DNA of 64,000 bases from Spironucleus salmonicida (GCF_000497125.1 NC_090603.1:682001-746000); one strand, 5' to 3'. Shown: positions 41,007 through 54,414, counted from the stretch's first letter. Made by a program: numbers and translations. Notes: a model not told the origin generated them from the sequence alone.

Positions 41007-42302
41007 ATGCAGCCTATGCAGTTTGGTTCCCTGTAGCACTGGGGATTAGCCCCACCTATCACACTCCCCGAATCAACAAATACAGAATATATATTATTCG
41101 CTGAACACGGAGATCTACGGTATCTCTTCAAAAATATTAATTCCCTGAATAACGTTGTTTTTTATGAAAGATCTCCTCGTTTACTCGCAAAAATAATAGT
41201 AAAACTTGCATTGATCCAAAGAATCTACGCGGCAGAAACCATAAATGAAAAAATCGAGCTTGCTCATTATTACTAGGAAATTAACTGCAATATCAGAATA
41301 AGCGAAGGTGCATAGGTTCTACTTTTTGATATTATTCCTGACTGTTTAGCTTCAATGGTAACTTCGAAAAAATAAAGCGTAACTAGCGAATTTCTCCAAT
41401 AAAAAATAGATTTTTCGTTCTTGAAATCTACATAAAAAGATGATATATATAAAGAGATCTAGTTGTTTAGCAAGAAGCATCTGAATTGTGAGGTAGAGAA
41501 ATCGTTTGATATGCGTCTTAGAGACTCACTTTAGGATCGATATGATTCACGATATCGCGTCTGTTTATGGGGATATCATTTTGATCTTCATTGCAGAATT
41601 CCGTTTACACACGAAATATTCTACAAATCGTTCAAAACTGAAGGAATCGGGCATATTAGAGCTTATTTTAGACTTCCAGAATCTCTTGGAGCAAAAGAAA
41701 AGCCAGGTGCAGTAGGAAGGCGGGCTGCCAGCTCAGAAGAGAGCAAGATGTACTGTGGTATCGATAACCCGTTTTTTGGACTTAAATATGATGCTGATTA
41801 GGAACTAGGGCCTTGGATGGAACTATGTTATGACGTGTATAATGAAGAAAATAGGAAAGAGTTCGAATCTTCATTCTCACCTTAAGGTTCTGAGTCTTTT
41901 GAGACAACCTATACCTCTGTAGAGCTTTCTGTGGTTAATCTTATTTATCTGTCTAACAAGATTGTACATAATGACTACCATATCATGCTGCTGTAGAATA
42001 ACTTTTTAGAAAAAGCAAAATTTGAGAATTATTTCTCAGGAGTGGTTCTTTCGATTGAGAGCTTGCGATTTGCTTAATAGGACGACTTCAAGAAAATTTT
42101 AACAAGAAATGCATTTGTTGTGGGTGAGCTTGCAGAATTCATTCCTGAATTTAAAAACCGCAAAGAATTCGCAGAAAAAGTCATTAGTATTTTAGGTAAT
42201 GGAGAGAAAAAGTGTTGTGGTGGTCCTTTCAAAGGTAAATTGAAGGAGTAGGAGAATGTTTTTTCACTTGGCGATACTCATATTTTTAGTTTTTATGAGT
42301 GA
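41007..42302 (+). CDS. DNAAF3: Dynein axonemal assembly factor 3 (PF22)-like, 431 aa
   Basis: HWGLAP, GDLRY, DFSFLK, FDMRLRDSLQDRYDSR and WGY motifs. Confidence 0.78.
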
Positions 42303-42880
42303 GATTTAAATTTGAGTCTTATAAAAATAAATTAAGGTGAAGTCAAAACGATTTCACTTGTTTGTGAGTAATTGTGAGCAAAGGTATTTTTTTAAAAATT
42401 CTGGAATATGAGAGGTGCAATATAGAAACTCATAAATCATCGATGTTGTTTAATTCAATTCTACACACTCAGATTTTATTATGTAATGTTAATAATTTTA
42501 AATAATGTTATTTAAGTACTATTTTATTGACTTGTTGCATATTCTATTTAGAAAATAACTTATGAGTAAAAATAGTATCACTTCAATAAAAAAATTTATC
42601 ATTAATATTATTATTTTATCTAATGTATTTAATTTTAAACAATAATATAATGAGATATTTAAATTTAAACCATTTTTTTAAGTTTACTGCAATAATTTTT
42701 TATTTCTTTATATATCATTTATCCAACTTATTTTTATTTTATTCCTTCCTAATTATCATTTTATAATTAGTAAATATCCGATTAAATTTAACTAATTTTA
42801 GTAATAAATACTACTGTAGATAAATTCTGTTGCAAATATACTTATTATTGCACTAATTGGTTAGTTGTTTTTATTGCAGA

Positions 42881-43447
42881 ATGAACGATAATAATAGGCG
42901 GGACAGTCTTCAGAAGCTGAGAGATAGAGAAAACTAATATTGCCCATCGCGAACTTATTTCTAGTCAGATAACAAAGTTCACTTTACTGAATTCAATTCA
43001 ATTGAGTAAACACAACTTACAAACATATACGAAGAAGTAATATCGAAACATAAGGGAAAACCTATGCATCTTAATAATTCCCTTTAAACTTTCAAACCTC
43101 ACGATAAATTCTCAATGGCATATTATTTGAATCAGCCAATAGATTCCACGATAACTAGGAATGAAAAAATAGATATGATAAGCTAAATGGACTGTAGTCG
43201 GAAAAATTATTAACATCTTAAGGATCCTGTATTTGATCCCATTAAGCTCCCGTACATCGATTTCACGAAGAAAAAGCTTACGTATAAATCCATTCTCGAT
43301 CACTAGAAAATTGATAAAATGTAGCTCTTAAGCCCATAACTTACAAAATTGCCCAACAACCGTCTGAACATACCAAAATTCAATCTATGCTCGGCCCACA
43401 TAATCAGAAATACACTCCAAAAAGCGAAATAACCTATTATTATATGA
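42881..43447 (+). CDS. Hypothetical protein, 188 aa, paralogue of 23674-24252
   Basis: Full-length colinear similarity with many synonymous differences. Confidence 0.8.
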
Positions 43448-43470
43448 TATTACATATATTAATGAAAATG

Positions 43471-45843
43471 TCACTCCTTTCCATATCTGCCGACCCAGCC
43501 CCTCAAAAGAGCTTCGAGAGCCCTACTGGCCCGGTCTACCTAATCGAACACCGGCATACCACCTTTGATCAAATACTGTCTTGCAAAATCGTACTTCCAT
43601 CCACAACTTATGCTAATCACCCAGATGTTCTTATTCTCTTTCCATAGTTTCAAGTACATGGCAATAACGCTAGATTCGTCGATTTCGCTCTCTAGGGTCT
43701 TGATAGTCTGCACTTCTGGGATCAAACTAATGACGCTAGCATCAACCTCGTCCGCTCCCTATAGCGTTCTAGTTATATCCACCATAGCGCTGTCAGGGAT
43801 TAGCGCAGTTGTGTCCAAAATCTGCTAAACATCAATCACACCTTCAAGTTTGTGTAGTTTAAAAAGCCCGGATAAGCATATATTCGTTTTCTCTTCAAAC
43901 TTGCTGAGAACAACATAATTTTCATTTTTTCTGTAGAATAAATGGTCAGCGATTGCGCATCTTTCGAATCCAGCGTTAGACTAGCCAGAGAGTGCGATTT
44001 TGCACGGGAAGTCACGCAGGCGAGGTACGAGACAGCATGCTGCGAAAACTGCATCCTCGAACGCGTCTGCCGTCTCGCAAATCACGCCACCGGCAAGGTC
44101 GACCAGGTCGCTAAACTGCGTGTAGGAGCCAGCCAGGCTTGCAGTGTGGCCAGAAACGGCGTCGCTGCCCTGCTTGCTCCTGCCGGCTTTGTAGAGAATT
44201 ACCAGTTTTTTCTGTTGTTTCGCGCGTGCGATCAATTACATGAGTCTAATACCCTCGTATTATAATAAACCTTCTATATAAACTCCGAAAACTTGAACCT
44301 TATCTTTTTCTAAGGCAATTTCCGCTTCTTATTTGGAATTAGATTCGTATGAGGTCAGGAACCATTCGAGGCAGTCGACCGCGGACAAGTCCAGCTGATT
44401 ACCTACCGAGATGCTGAACTTAGGGGCCACACGGCCTGCGAGGTTCGAGACTCTCGAGAGTAAAAACGCGCCAGATTGAGCTATAATCGCACAGTTTTCA
44501 TGCCCAGTGGCGTTCTCGCCAGAGGACTTGAAAGCAGGAAGGAATACGGTATTAATTTCTGACTTATCAGGCCTCACATACTTATAACCTACCGTGTTTG
44601 GCCCGTTGATGAGAGGACGATTTTCGGTAACAGAAATGAGCTAGCGCAGTTTTTTTTCGTTTTCTGCCCCTTTCTCCGTTTCTGCAAAACCACCTGCGAG
44701 CGTGAAAATCGCCTTGCAAGCGTTAGCCTCGACCAGCTAAGTGATCAGCTAGCACGTAGGTTCTGCTGCAGTTCCGAGAATGACCAGATCAATTTTCATT
44801 TCCAAAATTTCTTTCACAGACTTATAACACTTACATCCGTACATTTCGGTCTCTTTCGGATGCAAACAGAAGATTTCAGGGCGCACATTTTCTGGAAGCT
44901 TCTGATACTTCCTCAAAATAACCGTAGCCGCGTTGTTTTCGTTTTTGGAGCTCGCACCGGCGATTAAAACCCGCTTCGCACAAAACAGCATGTTCATCTT
45001 ATCGAGAGGCTTCTCAGACACGAAAATGGCCTATTTGCGCTCATTTTTGCTGATTTTTACAACTCCATCGAGTGCTAGGAGCTAGTTCTTACAGATAACT
45101 GCCGGATTTACCTCGATTTCTTCGATTGCATATCGCGCCTTCTCGTTCATTTTGCTGTAGAAACGGACGAAGTTTGCGAGGTTTTCCAGCACTGCGAACA
45201 CGCTTTCCTGCTCAATTTCGGCTTCGAAACCGCGCACCTTACCGAGCAGGAACTGCATGATTGGAAGCTCCAAAATCGTTTTTCTGACGATGGTGGAGCG
45301 GAAATTCACGAAAACGGGCAGGAACACGTTCGGTTTCTGCATCATTTCCGCGTAGAACTCGACGCCGGTGCCGCCCATGCCGAAGCAGAGCTGCGGACCG
45401 AACGAGTCGTCGTTAAAGGCAGAAATGAGCAGCTCGCCGTTAGAGGGGTTGCGCTGCGAGAATGCGGCCATTTCGACGAAAATGACGCCCTGGAGGTCGA
45501 ATTTGGATAGTTTCTACGTAAAAATTTACATTTTTTCTTAGAAGTTTGCCCTGTTGATCCTGAGGACCACGCCGCCGATTTCGGTCTTGTGCAAGCAGTT
45601 CGGGATATGGCACTTCGCGACATAGTCCGTCCCGGGCTGCAGGAAGCTTATAGCCGAATCGAGTTTTTCGAGTGGAAAATAGGCGTAATTCGGCACCGGA
45701 ATTCCGATGAGCTTGAAGAGCTCGTATGCCTCGAACTCGTACAGGTATGCCGGGGATCTGGCAATCGCCGCATCGAATATTTTCTCGATTTGGCTCTGGT
45801 GCTTTGGCGGTGTGAACGTGCTGTCAAAGTCAGCTGGGAGCAT
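43471..45843 (-). CDS. ACD: ADP-forming acyl-CoA synthetase with beta-alpha domain order, 790 aa
   Basis: Six in-frame track fragments. N-terminal ATP-grasp (HKTEIGGV, FGPQLCFGMGG, EIEVNP) is followed by the CoA-binding domain (LIAGAS, GPN, AQSGA, SGHTASLAG). Confidence 0.9.
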
Positions 45844-46689
45844 TTTGGGGGATTTAGGTGGAAGGTTGGGGTATTGTTTTTGGGATAATCGCGTAATAGG
45901 CTAGTTTTTAGATTTTTAAATTTGTGAAAAAATTTGTAGGAGAATCTATATTTTTTTAATATTATATAAAGATACATAAGAATAATTTGATGTTAAAACG
46001 AGTGGACATTTTAAAAAAGTATAATTAGAAGTATATATCATATAATATTAACGTTTGCTTTGCATAGTAATTGTTTGGTTATTAATAAAATGGAAACAAA
46101 ATTAAATTAAATATGTCGGTCAATTGGTCGTTAGTAAGTTATACTTGATAAAATTCTTAATACACACTATTTTATAGGCACAGCTGCATGCTTAAGCAAT
46201 TACTAGATGTATAAATTATGATTTGTTGAGACTAAACATTTTATAAGTAAGACGGTATTAATTATAGCTATATTTTGAAACAGTTGCTATATTTCTAGAA
46301 ATTAAATTCAATTTTGATTGATATACTTTAATTAAACTGTGCTTCCGTATGATAATCAATATTATATATTCATATTTAATATCAAAATCATTACTAGCAA
46401 GTTAAAAATTATGCATAAACTGGGATAATATAATTATTTAATATTTTTGCGGTTAGATTTAATTTTTGATATTTCAAAATTCGCATCTATTAGATTAATA
46501 TTTAATTTCGAATTCATAACTTCAACAAACTTATTCAATCTAATTGATTAATTCAATAAATTAGAAAATATACAGTCCTATTTATTGGAATTAATTTGGT
46601 TATTTGACATTATAAGAATGTTCTATTTTTAAATATAAATTTATAAAATGAATAATAATATAACCATTATATATTTTTACATTTTCCTC

Positions 46690-47679
46690 TCACTTAAACA
46701 CATACCACATGCCACCAAGCCCGTCACCACCTTCTTTTTGACTTAATAAAACTCTCATACGCTCAATTTCTTCAGTAATTGCTCTAATTTTGACTTTCCA
46801 CTTTTAATTTTCTATTTTTACTTTCATGACTTCATCACTATTAATTTCTATTTTCTACTCTAGAAAAAGGTTTTCATCACGACCGGCACGACACATTTTT
46901 TCTTCACATATGGCTATAATTTAGTTATAAATACTTTCGATTTAATCTGTTAATTTAGTGCCGAAAATTTTTAAATTAAATTCCTTTTCGAACTTGGCTT
47001 TAGCACAAAAATCTGTAATTTTTTAGTGAGTTTTTTTGAGTTCTTAATCTAATTATTAGTGTCTCTATGCAATAGAGACTAATTCTGAACCATTCACATA
47101 ATTTGACTTTGACGAAACAATATTTTACTTTTATGCCAAAATTGATGACTTTTGACCACTTCTAACTTATTTATGTTTATCTTAGTACTCATGACGTGAT
47201 TACTAAATCGCCTTTTCGAGAATAAGTTTTTCACGTGTTAAAATTATAAATTTTCGATCCAAAATAGCCCGTTTTTAATCTTCAACTTTTGATTTAGCGA
47301 TAAATTGGGAAATGGAACGTTTGGGAATATGTATATCTCGCCTATGTTCTATTGTAGTCGTTGTTTTATCCTATTCTCTCTCTATAATTGAGATTTTTGA
47401 CATATTAAGGTCTGTAAACGACTTAGCCTTGTTAAAGTAAGCTTGGGAATTTTTCAAAAGTTGGTTGTAGGAATTAGGCTATGATGACTAAAACTGCTAA
47501 AGAGAGATCTCAAATTGTTATGTTCTAAGGAGATCGGGGTAGTCTTGAACTGCTAAATTTAACTGGTGGAAATGAGTCTATAAAGCATTAAAAATTGTGT
47601 CATCTTATAGGAGTAATGCTAAAGAATTTGACTAGTTATACGCATAAAATGTAGTAGCCAGCTATTATACAGAGTGCAT
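46690..47679 (-). CDS. Hypothetical coiled-coil protein, 329 aa
   Basis: Open frame with C-rich upstream element; ends AAGTGA. Confidence 0.7.
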
Positions 47680-47791
47680 TTATGGAAGGAAGAAAATTAA
47701 TAGAAAAATATATAAATAATAAATAATTACAACTAATTTTTTATAAAATCATTTACTAAATCTCTTAAATGATATAAAATCATAGTTTATA

Positions 47792-48451
47792 TCACGGCAA
47801 CTAATCAGGCGATAGAATTTAATTAGATAGAAGCCATGGTTTAAGTTTAATTAGCCGATATCTAACTTAAATATCAGTTCGGCCTGGTAGTTTCGCTGCT
47901 ACTTCTTTCCATTATTTTAGCGATGCTAATTTTACAATATTAATAAGTTATGTATCTTCTTCTATACTCCATTTTGTTTTCTAAATATCAGGATTGATAA
48001 CTCTGGTCCATCTTTATGATACGGCATCTGGCTACCTTTCTGGTAATCCTGTAGCTTAAGAAATTTTTTAAGATAGAAAACGCCATTTTTTAGGTCCGTA
48101 CTATGCTATAAGCCTAATAAGAACTTAGTCTTCCTATATATTCCACTTTGGTGCTAATTTTAGTTTTCTAGTATGTTCACCTTCCGTTTTTTCTTTAGTA
48201 CAATTCTAGTCCATAAATGGCAAAGTATCCTTATTTAGATCAAATAAGTCAGATAAGTTTGTTCTTCTTAGAATTTATTGTGTGTTAAACTTATTAAAAC
48301 TAGATTACTATTACTATGATAAAGGGGTGAAAAAATTTAAATTAAAACTAGGAGGTGGGATAGAATTATGTATACGTGCCGTATTAGCTAGTGAATTTAT
48401 ATTAAGTTCATCGTCTGACTGGTAATCAAATTAAATAGAACCTGTTGGCAT
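47792..48451 (-). CDS. Two-repeat Myb transcription factor, 219 aa
   Basis: KWNIQEDQVL..YGPKKW..QRWTRVINP and KWSIEED..WKEVAAKLPGRTDIQVRYR. Confidence 0.93.
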
Positions 48452-49396
48452 TTTAACAAAAAATGAGGAGAAAGTATTAATAAGTTATTGGAGATTAGTT
48501 ATTTAATTATTTTTTACAGAATTTTTTTTAATATTACATATACGTTATCTATAACTTACAATCCATGTAAAATATGTAGAATTAAAAATTTTGTAATGTA
48601 TAATATGATATAATAATACAATATAACAAATATAAAATTAGCACTATTATCAATTTTTAATAATCATAATTGACAATAAATCCAATATAGTTTAATTACT
48701 ACTAAAAATCGTAAAGAAACTTAATATAACTTCTTTATTACTTATATACCTTCATCAAAAAAATAACGAGAATTATCATTAAATATTATCAGGAATTGTG
48801 ATTAATTTTGATAAGATTAAATTTATATTACTTTGTAATTTATAAATAACTATATAATGGTATTATGTGTATGATTAGTAGTTAAACTTGAAGCTTTTAA
48901 ATTTTATCCATAAAATAAATAATTTAGTAAATTGTATTAATTAATTTGAAAAGCAGACTAATATTATAAAAAACTAAAATCTTAGTCATAATATATGAGA
49001 AATTATTATCTTATTGAGTAGTGTAGTCTTGGAGTATAATACTAACAAATTATGTTCGATCAAAAAGTATTATTCTTTATAAAATTTATCCTTAGCTTAT
49101 CTTTAATTATCTATTAATATTAAAATATTTCACCGCACCAGTCATATATAGGTCTCATTATAGTGTAGGAATATAGTTTTAATACGATTTTTATTAGATC
49201 ATTAACACCATATTAAATAACTAGAGAAAAATGAGTTCTATTAAAAATTAAAATTTATAAGCTACTAATATGGATAAATAAAATATTGGTTCTATATCAA
49301 AAATGATTATAGATACTTCTATTATTAAGTCGATTATTATTTACATAAATTTCTTTATATAATTTTTATTCGTTCATATAAGTATTAATAATTTAC

Positions 49397-49438
49397 GAAT
49401 TTACTGAATCGAATTTAATCGATTCAACGAGTAAATTC
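49397..49438. repeat. Inverted repeat/hairpin
   Basis: GAATTTACT-GAATCGA pairs with TCGATTC-(AACG bulge)-AGTAAATTC around a 6-nt loop. Confidence 0.5.
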
Positions 49439-49490
49439 TATCATTATTATATAATATTATAATTATTCGATTTCGTCATTAAGTTATAAA

Positions 49491-50159
49491 ATGCTTATTC
49501 TATTATAATTAAGCCCTGTGTATCTACAGGATATAGATATATTGGTATTCAATTAAAATGAGAAAACAAAATCTAGGAGGGGTGAATACTATCCATAACT
49601 TAAGACATCTTTTGGTTCTCCAAAAATATCTCAAGCTGTATGTAAAAATAACGGGTTTGATGGTGAGTCTATTATTTGGAAATGCAAATCAAAAGATTTA
49701 TTAGAAGGCTAGAAGTTTAAATCAGCATAAGTCAGTTGTGAAGGATGGAATGGCCCAGGAGATAAGTAGATTGTTCCTGGAAGCTGTTAGCTGAATTATG
49801 TTATTAAGTAGTCTTACAACAGAAGACAACCTGAAGATTAATATGAGTATTAAAATTAATATGGTAGTAATAATACTTCATTATATACGCTGTTATCACT
49901 AGTAATAGTCGCACTGATTTTCTACATAGCTTATACTAAGATTGTTAATGCTTGCAAGCATTTCCGTTTTAATCGTCCAATTATTATTAACGACCCAGTC
50001 GAATATGTTATAATAAATAATAGAAGGAGGCGAATTTACTAGAATAAAATGCATTATATTCCTGATAATTAATTTGAATACGTTTATGTAGATAATAAAA
50101 AAGTGAAAATTCTCAAAGAAACCTATGAAGAAGTTTATGCTAGAACGAATGTGAGGTGA
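49491..50159 (+). CDS. SARAF: SARAF/TMEM66-like single-pass protein, 222 aa
   Basis: TKSRR..PQL, CKNNGFDG..WKC, VSCEGW and VPGSCQLNY luminal-domain motifs, then one TM helix. Confidence 0.85.
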
Positions 50160-50340
50160 ATGATTCATTTATATTTATTTTGTGCATGTTTCCGTTTCGC
50201 TCAACAATGTTCTTATAAACGTTTACTTTTGTTCTTAACTTATATAACATAACCCAAATTAAAATCTTATATGCTGATAATCACTACCATTACTTAAGTG
50301 CCAATTTCTTTCACTCCCTCAAAATCAGCAAAAAACTCTG

Positions 50341-51633
50341 TCACACAAATTTAAAAACTATCTTCTTACCATAAAAATCAGCGCCTGCAAATACATTTCC
50401 GTCTTCCAATCTGTCACATCTGTGCCACAACCCATTCCGCATTCCTAAAACAAAACCGCCGCAAAGGACTTCGCCATTTTCTTTAAAATCACAAATTTCT
50501 CCCTTTTAAAGCGAAATAAATGTCTTTTCGACTTCAATTGAATTTATTACTTCCTCTTTATCTATTCCCATTTAATTCAAAATCTCTTCACATTCTAATT
50601 CTATCAGGTCTACTTCTTTGCTCGCCAAAAACCTTATCTCTTAGCCTTTACCATCTAAATTTTTGTTTCTTTTTTCCTATTCTTCACAAACTTCAATTTC
50701 ACTTTGAATTTGATTTACCCTACCTATTTAATTCAAATTCTGGAAATAGAATTTTCGAAATTTCAACATTCGCAGATTTTCGTCAAAATCATCACTTCGC
50801 AAATCGGCAAATCCATTCAGCTGGAAATGACTTTCAGTTTCTTCTGTCTAAAGAGAAATTTTGATCAAATTTGCGTTAGAAGTGGTATTTGTTAATTAAT
50901 ATATAGTATTCTATTAATAATGAAAAGCATTTAAACTGTAATATTAACTTGGTTAGATTTTTTTATTTAAAGAGAAACTTGTGGAATATAAGATATTAAG
51001 GGTGATAGTTCGGCCTTAATTAGGTGAAATAAGCTGGGTTTAGAATTTAGATAGAGGGCTGGGAATCGTATTTTGGAGGTAAAAATATTGGTTCTAAATT
51101 GGGAGGTTTTAGAGTAGTGGAAACTCATCGTAGAGAGTTGGAATAGGCTGAATATTGGATGAAATTCTGACTGCTAAATAGTGGTCTTCTTAATCTAAAT
51201 TATCGTCTAGAGAGATTAAGTCTGTGAGGAAGAACGCGCATTCTTCAACTATTTATTTGAAGAAGAATGACGTTGAGTAGTTTAAAAGAAAATCTGCTGG
51301 TAAAATTGAGTTTTGAAGGTCTGAGAAATTGAAGGTTTCGGTTTAATTGATATCGTCAGATATATCTTCTTGTGCAGCTGGTTTTTGGTCATCCTCTAAA
51401 TTCTTAAATGTTGTGAATTACTTATTTTGAATTACCATTTCTGGTGCTTTTTGGTTGGTTATTGTCTCAGATCCAGCTTCAAAATTTAGAAGCATTTATT
51501 CTCTTTTAGATTCTGGAAGATCAAGAAAATCCACCCACTCAGAATTAGGTAAATTGTCCAGATAATTTATATAACGTTTTTTCTAATCTTAAGTAAGGAT
51601 TCCGTGCTTTTTTAGTAGCTGATCCACCGACAT
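50341..51633 (-). CDS. Hypothetical protein, 430 aa
   Basis: Open frame MSVDQLLKKHG...KIVFKFV (spot-checked); C-rich upstream element. Confidence 0.65.
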
Positions 51634-51797
51634 TAATAGGAATGGAACTTTTATATTAATAAAAATATATAATATTATATATTTATTATACATTTTACAA
51701 TAATATTAATTATTATTATACATTATATTATCAAATATTAATTACCTATACATCATTTTATAACAGCAATAAACTATATTGTCGCATAACAAAGAAA

Positions 51798-52913
51798 ATG
51801 ACCCTACCCCCACCCGTTTTCCCAACATTTCTACGCTCCTACCTGGCATCAAAATCAAAAAGGCCAGACAACCGAACGCTGGAAACGCAGTACCTGCGCA
51901 CGCTACGCAGGAAGCTCAACCTGGACTAGTTTAGCATCATCAACACCATCGGGAAGGGCGCATTTTCGCTAGTATACCTGGTACAGGACCGCTTGAATTT
52001 GCAGTTTTATGCTCTGAAGGCTATAGATAAGACTATGAAAACGTCTTCCACAGCTGCGCAGCTAGAGCGCGACGTGATGTTGAAAATGGAGAAATCACCG
52101 TTCCTGGTGAGCCTGAAGGCGACGTTCTAGGACGCCAAGAATTACTACATTCTGATGGAGTTCTGCTAGGGTGGTGACTTGATGGGGCTCATGATCCGGG
52201 AAACCCTGCTCCCGGAGCAGAAAATGAAGTTCTACGCGGCCGAAATCATCGTAGCGATCCAGGCAGTGCACGAATCCGGCTACCTCTACCTGGATCTGAA
52301 GCCTGACAACGTTCTGATCAACAAGGCCGGTCACGTAAAATTGGCCGATTTCAACCTCGTCCGCGAGGAGAACGAGCAGGTGCGGATCTAGGGTACGTTA
52401 GATTATATGAGCCCAGAGATGTTATAGAAATAGTAGATTTCGGTCAAAAGCGATATTTGGAGCATTGGGGCCGTTTTGTACGAGGGGGTTGTCGGGAAAG
52501 TGCCGTTTTTGGGGGAGAATAAATAATAAACTGCTGGAAAAATAGTCAAATTTGATATTTCATATCCAGAATTCTTGTCTGGTAGCCTTGTACACCTTTT
52601 AAAGCAAATCTTTGTAGAAGCTGATAAGCGAATAAATTTGGCGGAAATAATTGATCACTAGTTTTTTAAGGGTGTGGATTTTAGTAAATTATTAGAGATA
52701 TCACCTCCATTCGTTCCTAAGTTCTAGAATTAGATGGATTTGTAGTATTTTGACGCTGTTGGTGTTGGTTTTTAAAGTGGAAGATGGTGGGGTGAGAATG
52801 TTGTTAGTAAAGGTGAGTTTACGTATTAGGCGTTTCCAGGTACTGTTGAAGCAGAAGAAAACTAAGATTAACGAACTAAAATTACTAAGTTGTTTGATAA
52901 TAAAAAGAAGTGA
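51798..52913 (+). CDS. AGC kinase, NDR-like, divergent, 371 aa
   Basis: ETQYLRTLRRKL regulatory segment, IGKGAFS, YALK, MEFCQGGDLM, DLKPDN, GTLDYMSPE, PPFVP and EFTY. Confidence 0.88.
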
Positions 52914-53043
52914 TAATTGCTAGATTTTTGTTTACTATAGATTTATACTCCCTATTTTTCGGTTTTGTATATTTAGTTCCCCTATTAAGTTTGAATTAAA
53001 TTAACTAATATATATAATATTTATTTTTAGTTGAACTTTCCAT

Positions 53044-53056
53044 TTTCCGCTTCTTT
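53044..53056 (+). promoter_or_regulatory. C-rich pyrimidine element before ATG (TTTCCGCTTCTTT)
   Basis: Lies 5 nt before the MAT ATG; identical to 12573-12585. Confidence 0.5.
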
Positions 53057-53061
53057 GAATA

Positions 53062-54402
53062 ATGCCTCGCACTTTCTTGTATACATCTGAAGCTGTTTCT
53101 GAAGGTCACCCAGATAAAGTATGTGATTAAATCTCTGATGCTGTTGTTGACGCGTTTTTGAAATAAGATCCTAATGCTAAGACTGCTGTTGAAACTGCTA
53201 TCAAGAATAATAATGTTTTCCTTTTAGGAGAGATCAATTCTACTGCCATATTAACATAAAAAGATTATGAAGAAATTGTACGTTCTACTTTATTAAGAAT
53301 TGGCTATGATGATTCAGTTAACTCTATCTCTTATAAAGATTTTACTTTACATGTTGGTCTCTGTGCATAATCTCCCGATATTGCTCAAGCTGTTCATGAA
53401 AATAAGTCTATTGAAAATACAACTGCTGGTGATTAAGGATTAATGAGTGCGTATGCAACCAATGAAACCCGTTCTGCAATGCCGTCTACCTTCCGTTTAT
53501 CTTGTCTTTTATCTAAAAAGATGACCGAATTAAGAAAAAACAACACTCTTAAATGGTTAAGACCAGATAATAAGACATAAGTAACTATGTAATATTTTGA
53601 GGATCCTGAAGGTAGATTATATCCTTAGAATATTGACACTATTATCTTATCCACTTAACATTCTGATGAAGTTACTAATGAATAAATACGAGAATAGATA
53701 TTCGACTAGGTCATTATCCCAGTATTATAAGAATTTGAGCGTGATGATCTTATTACATTCCACAATGATTCTGACTATGAAGATTTTGATACCGAAGATT
53801 TTTATAAATCATTACCATAATAGCAGTAAGATATAATATATAGAGTAAAAGATAAGAAGGTTTTCTAACAGCTTAAACTTTTAAAGCCAACTACTAAGAT
53901 TCTCATCAATCCTTCTGGTAGATTTATTATTGGTGGGCCCATGTCTGATTCTGGTTTGACTGGGCGCAAAATAGTTTGTGACGCGTTCGGCGGCTGGTCT
54001 GCTGTAGGTGGAGGTGCTTTCTCTGGAAAAGATTACTCCAAAGTAGATCGTTCAGCTGCCTATTTAGCAAGATAAATATGCAAATCTATCATTAAGTCTG
54101 GCTATGCTCATAGATGTTCTGTATAGCTCTCATATGCCATTGGTGTTGCTGATCCTATTTCTGTTTATGTTGATACTTATGGATTTTATGATTATCGTAC
54201 ACCAAAAGGAAAGGCTGGTATCCAGTCTGAAGCTGAGTTAGCTCAGTTGATCAGAACAACTTTTAGAATGCGCCCAGGTCAAATCGTTGTAGATTTTGGT
54301 CTTTAACGCCCAATTTTTGAGTAGTTGGCCTCTTATGGTCATTTTGGAAGAGATGATCTACCAATTGATGAGGTCAGATGGGAAAAGATAGTGGTTTTCT
54401 GA
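53062..54402 (+). CDS. MAT: S-adenosylmethionine synthetase, 446 aa
   Basis: [57 protein letters not shown] and YGHFG. Confidence 0.97.
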
Positions 54403-54414
54403 AGTCAATTAAGT

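Noticed and set aside
45900..46680. Long AT-rich spacers as ncRNA/tRNA loci (also 4030-5000, 42310-42870, 48460-49390)
   Set aside because: No tRNA arms, paired C/D boxes or GC-rich stems were recognisable by eye; a covariance-model scan would be needed.
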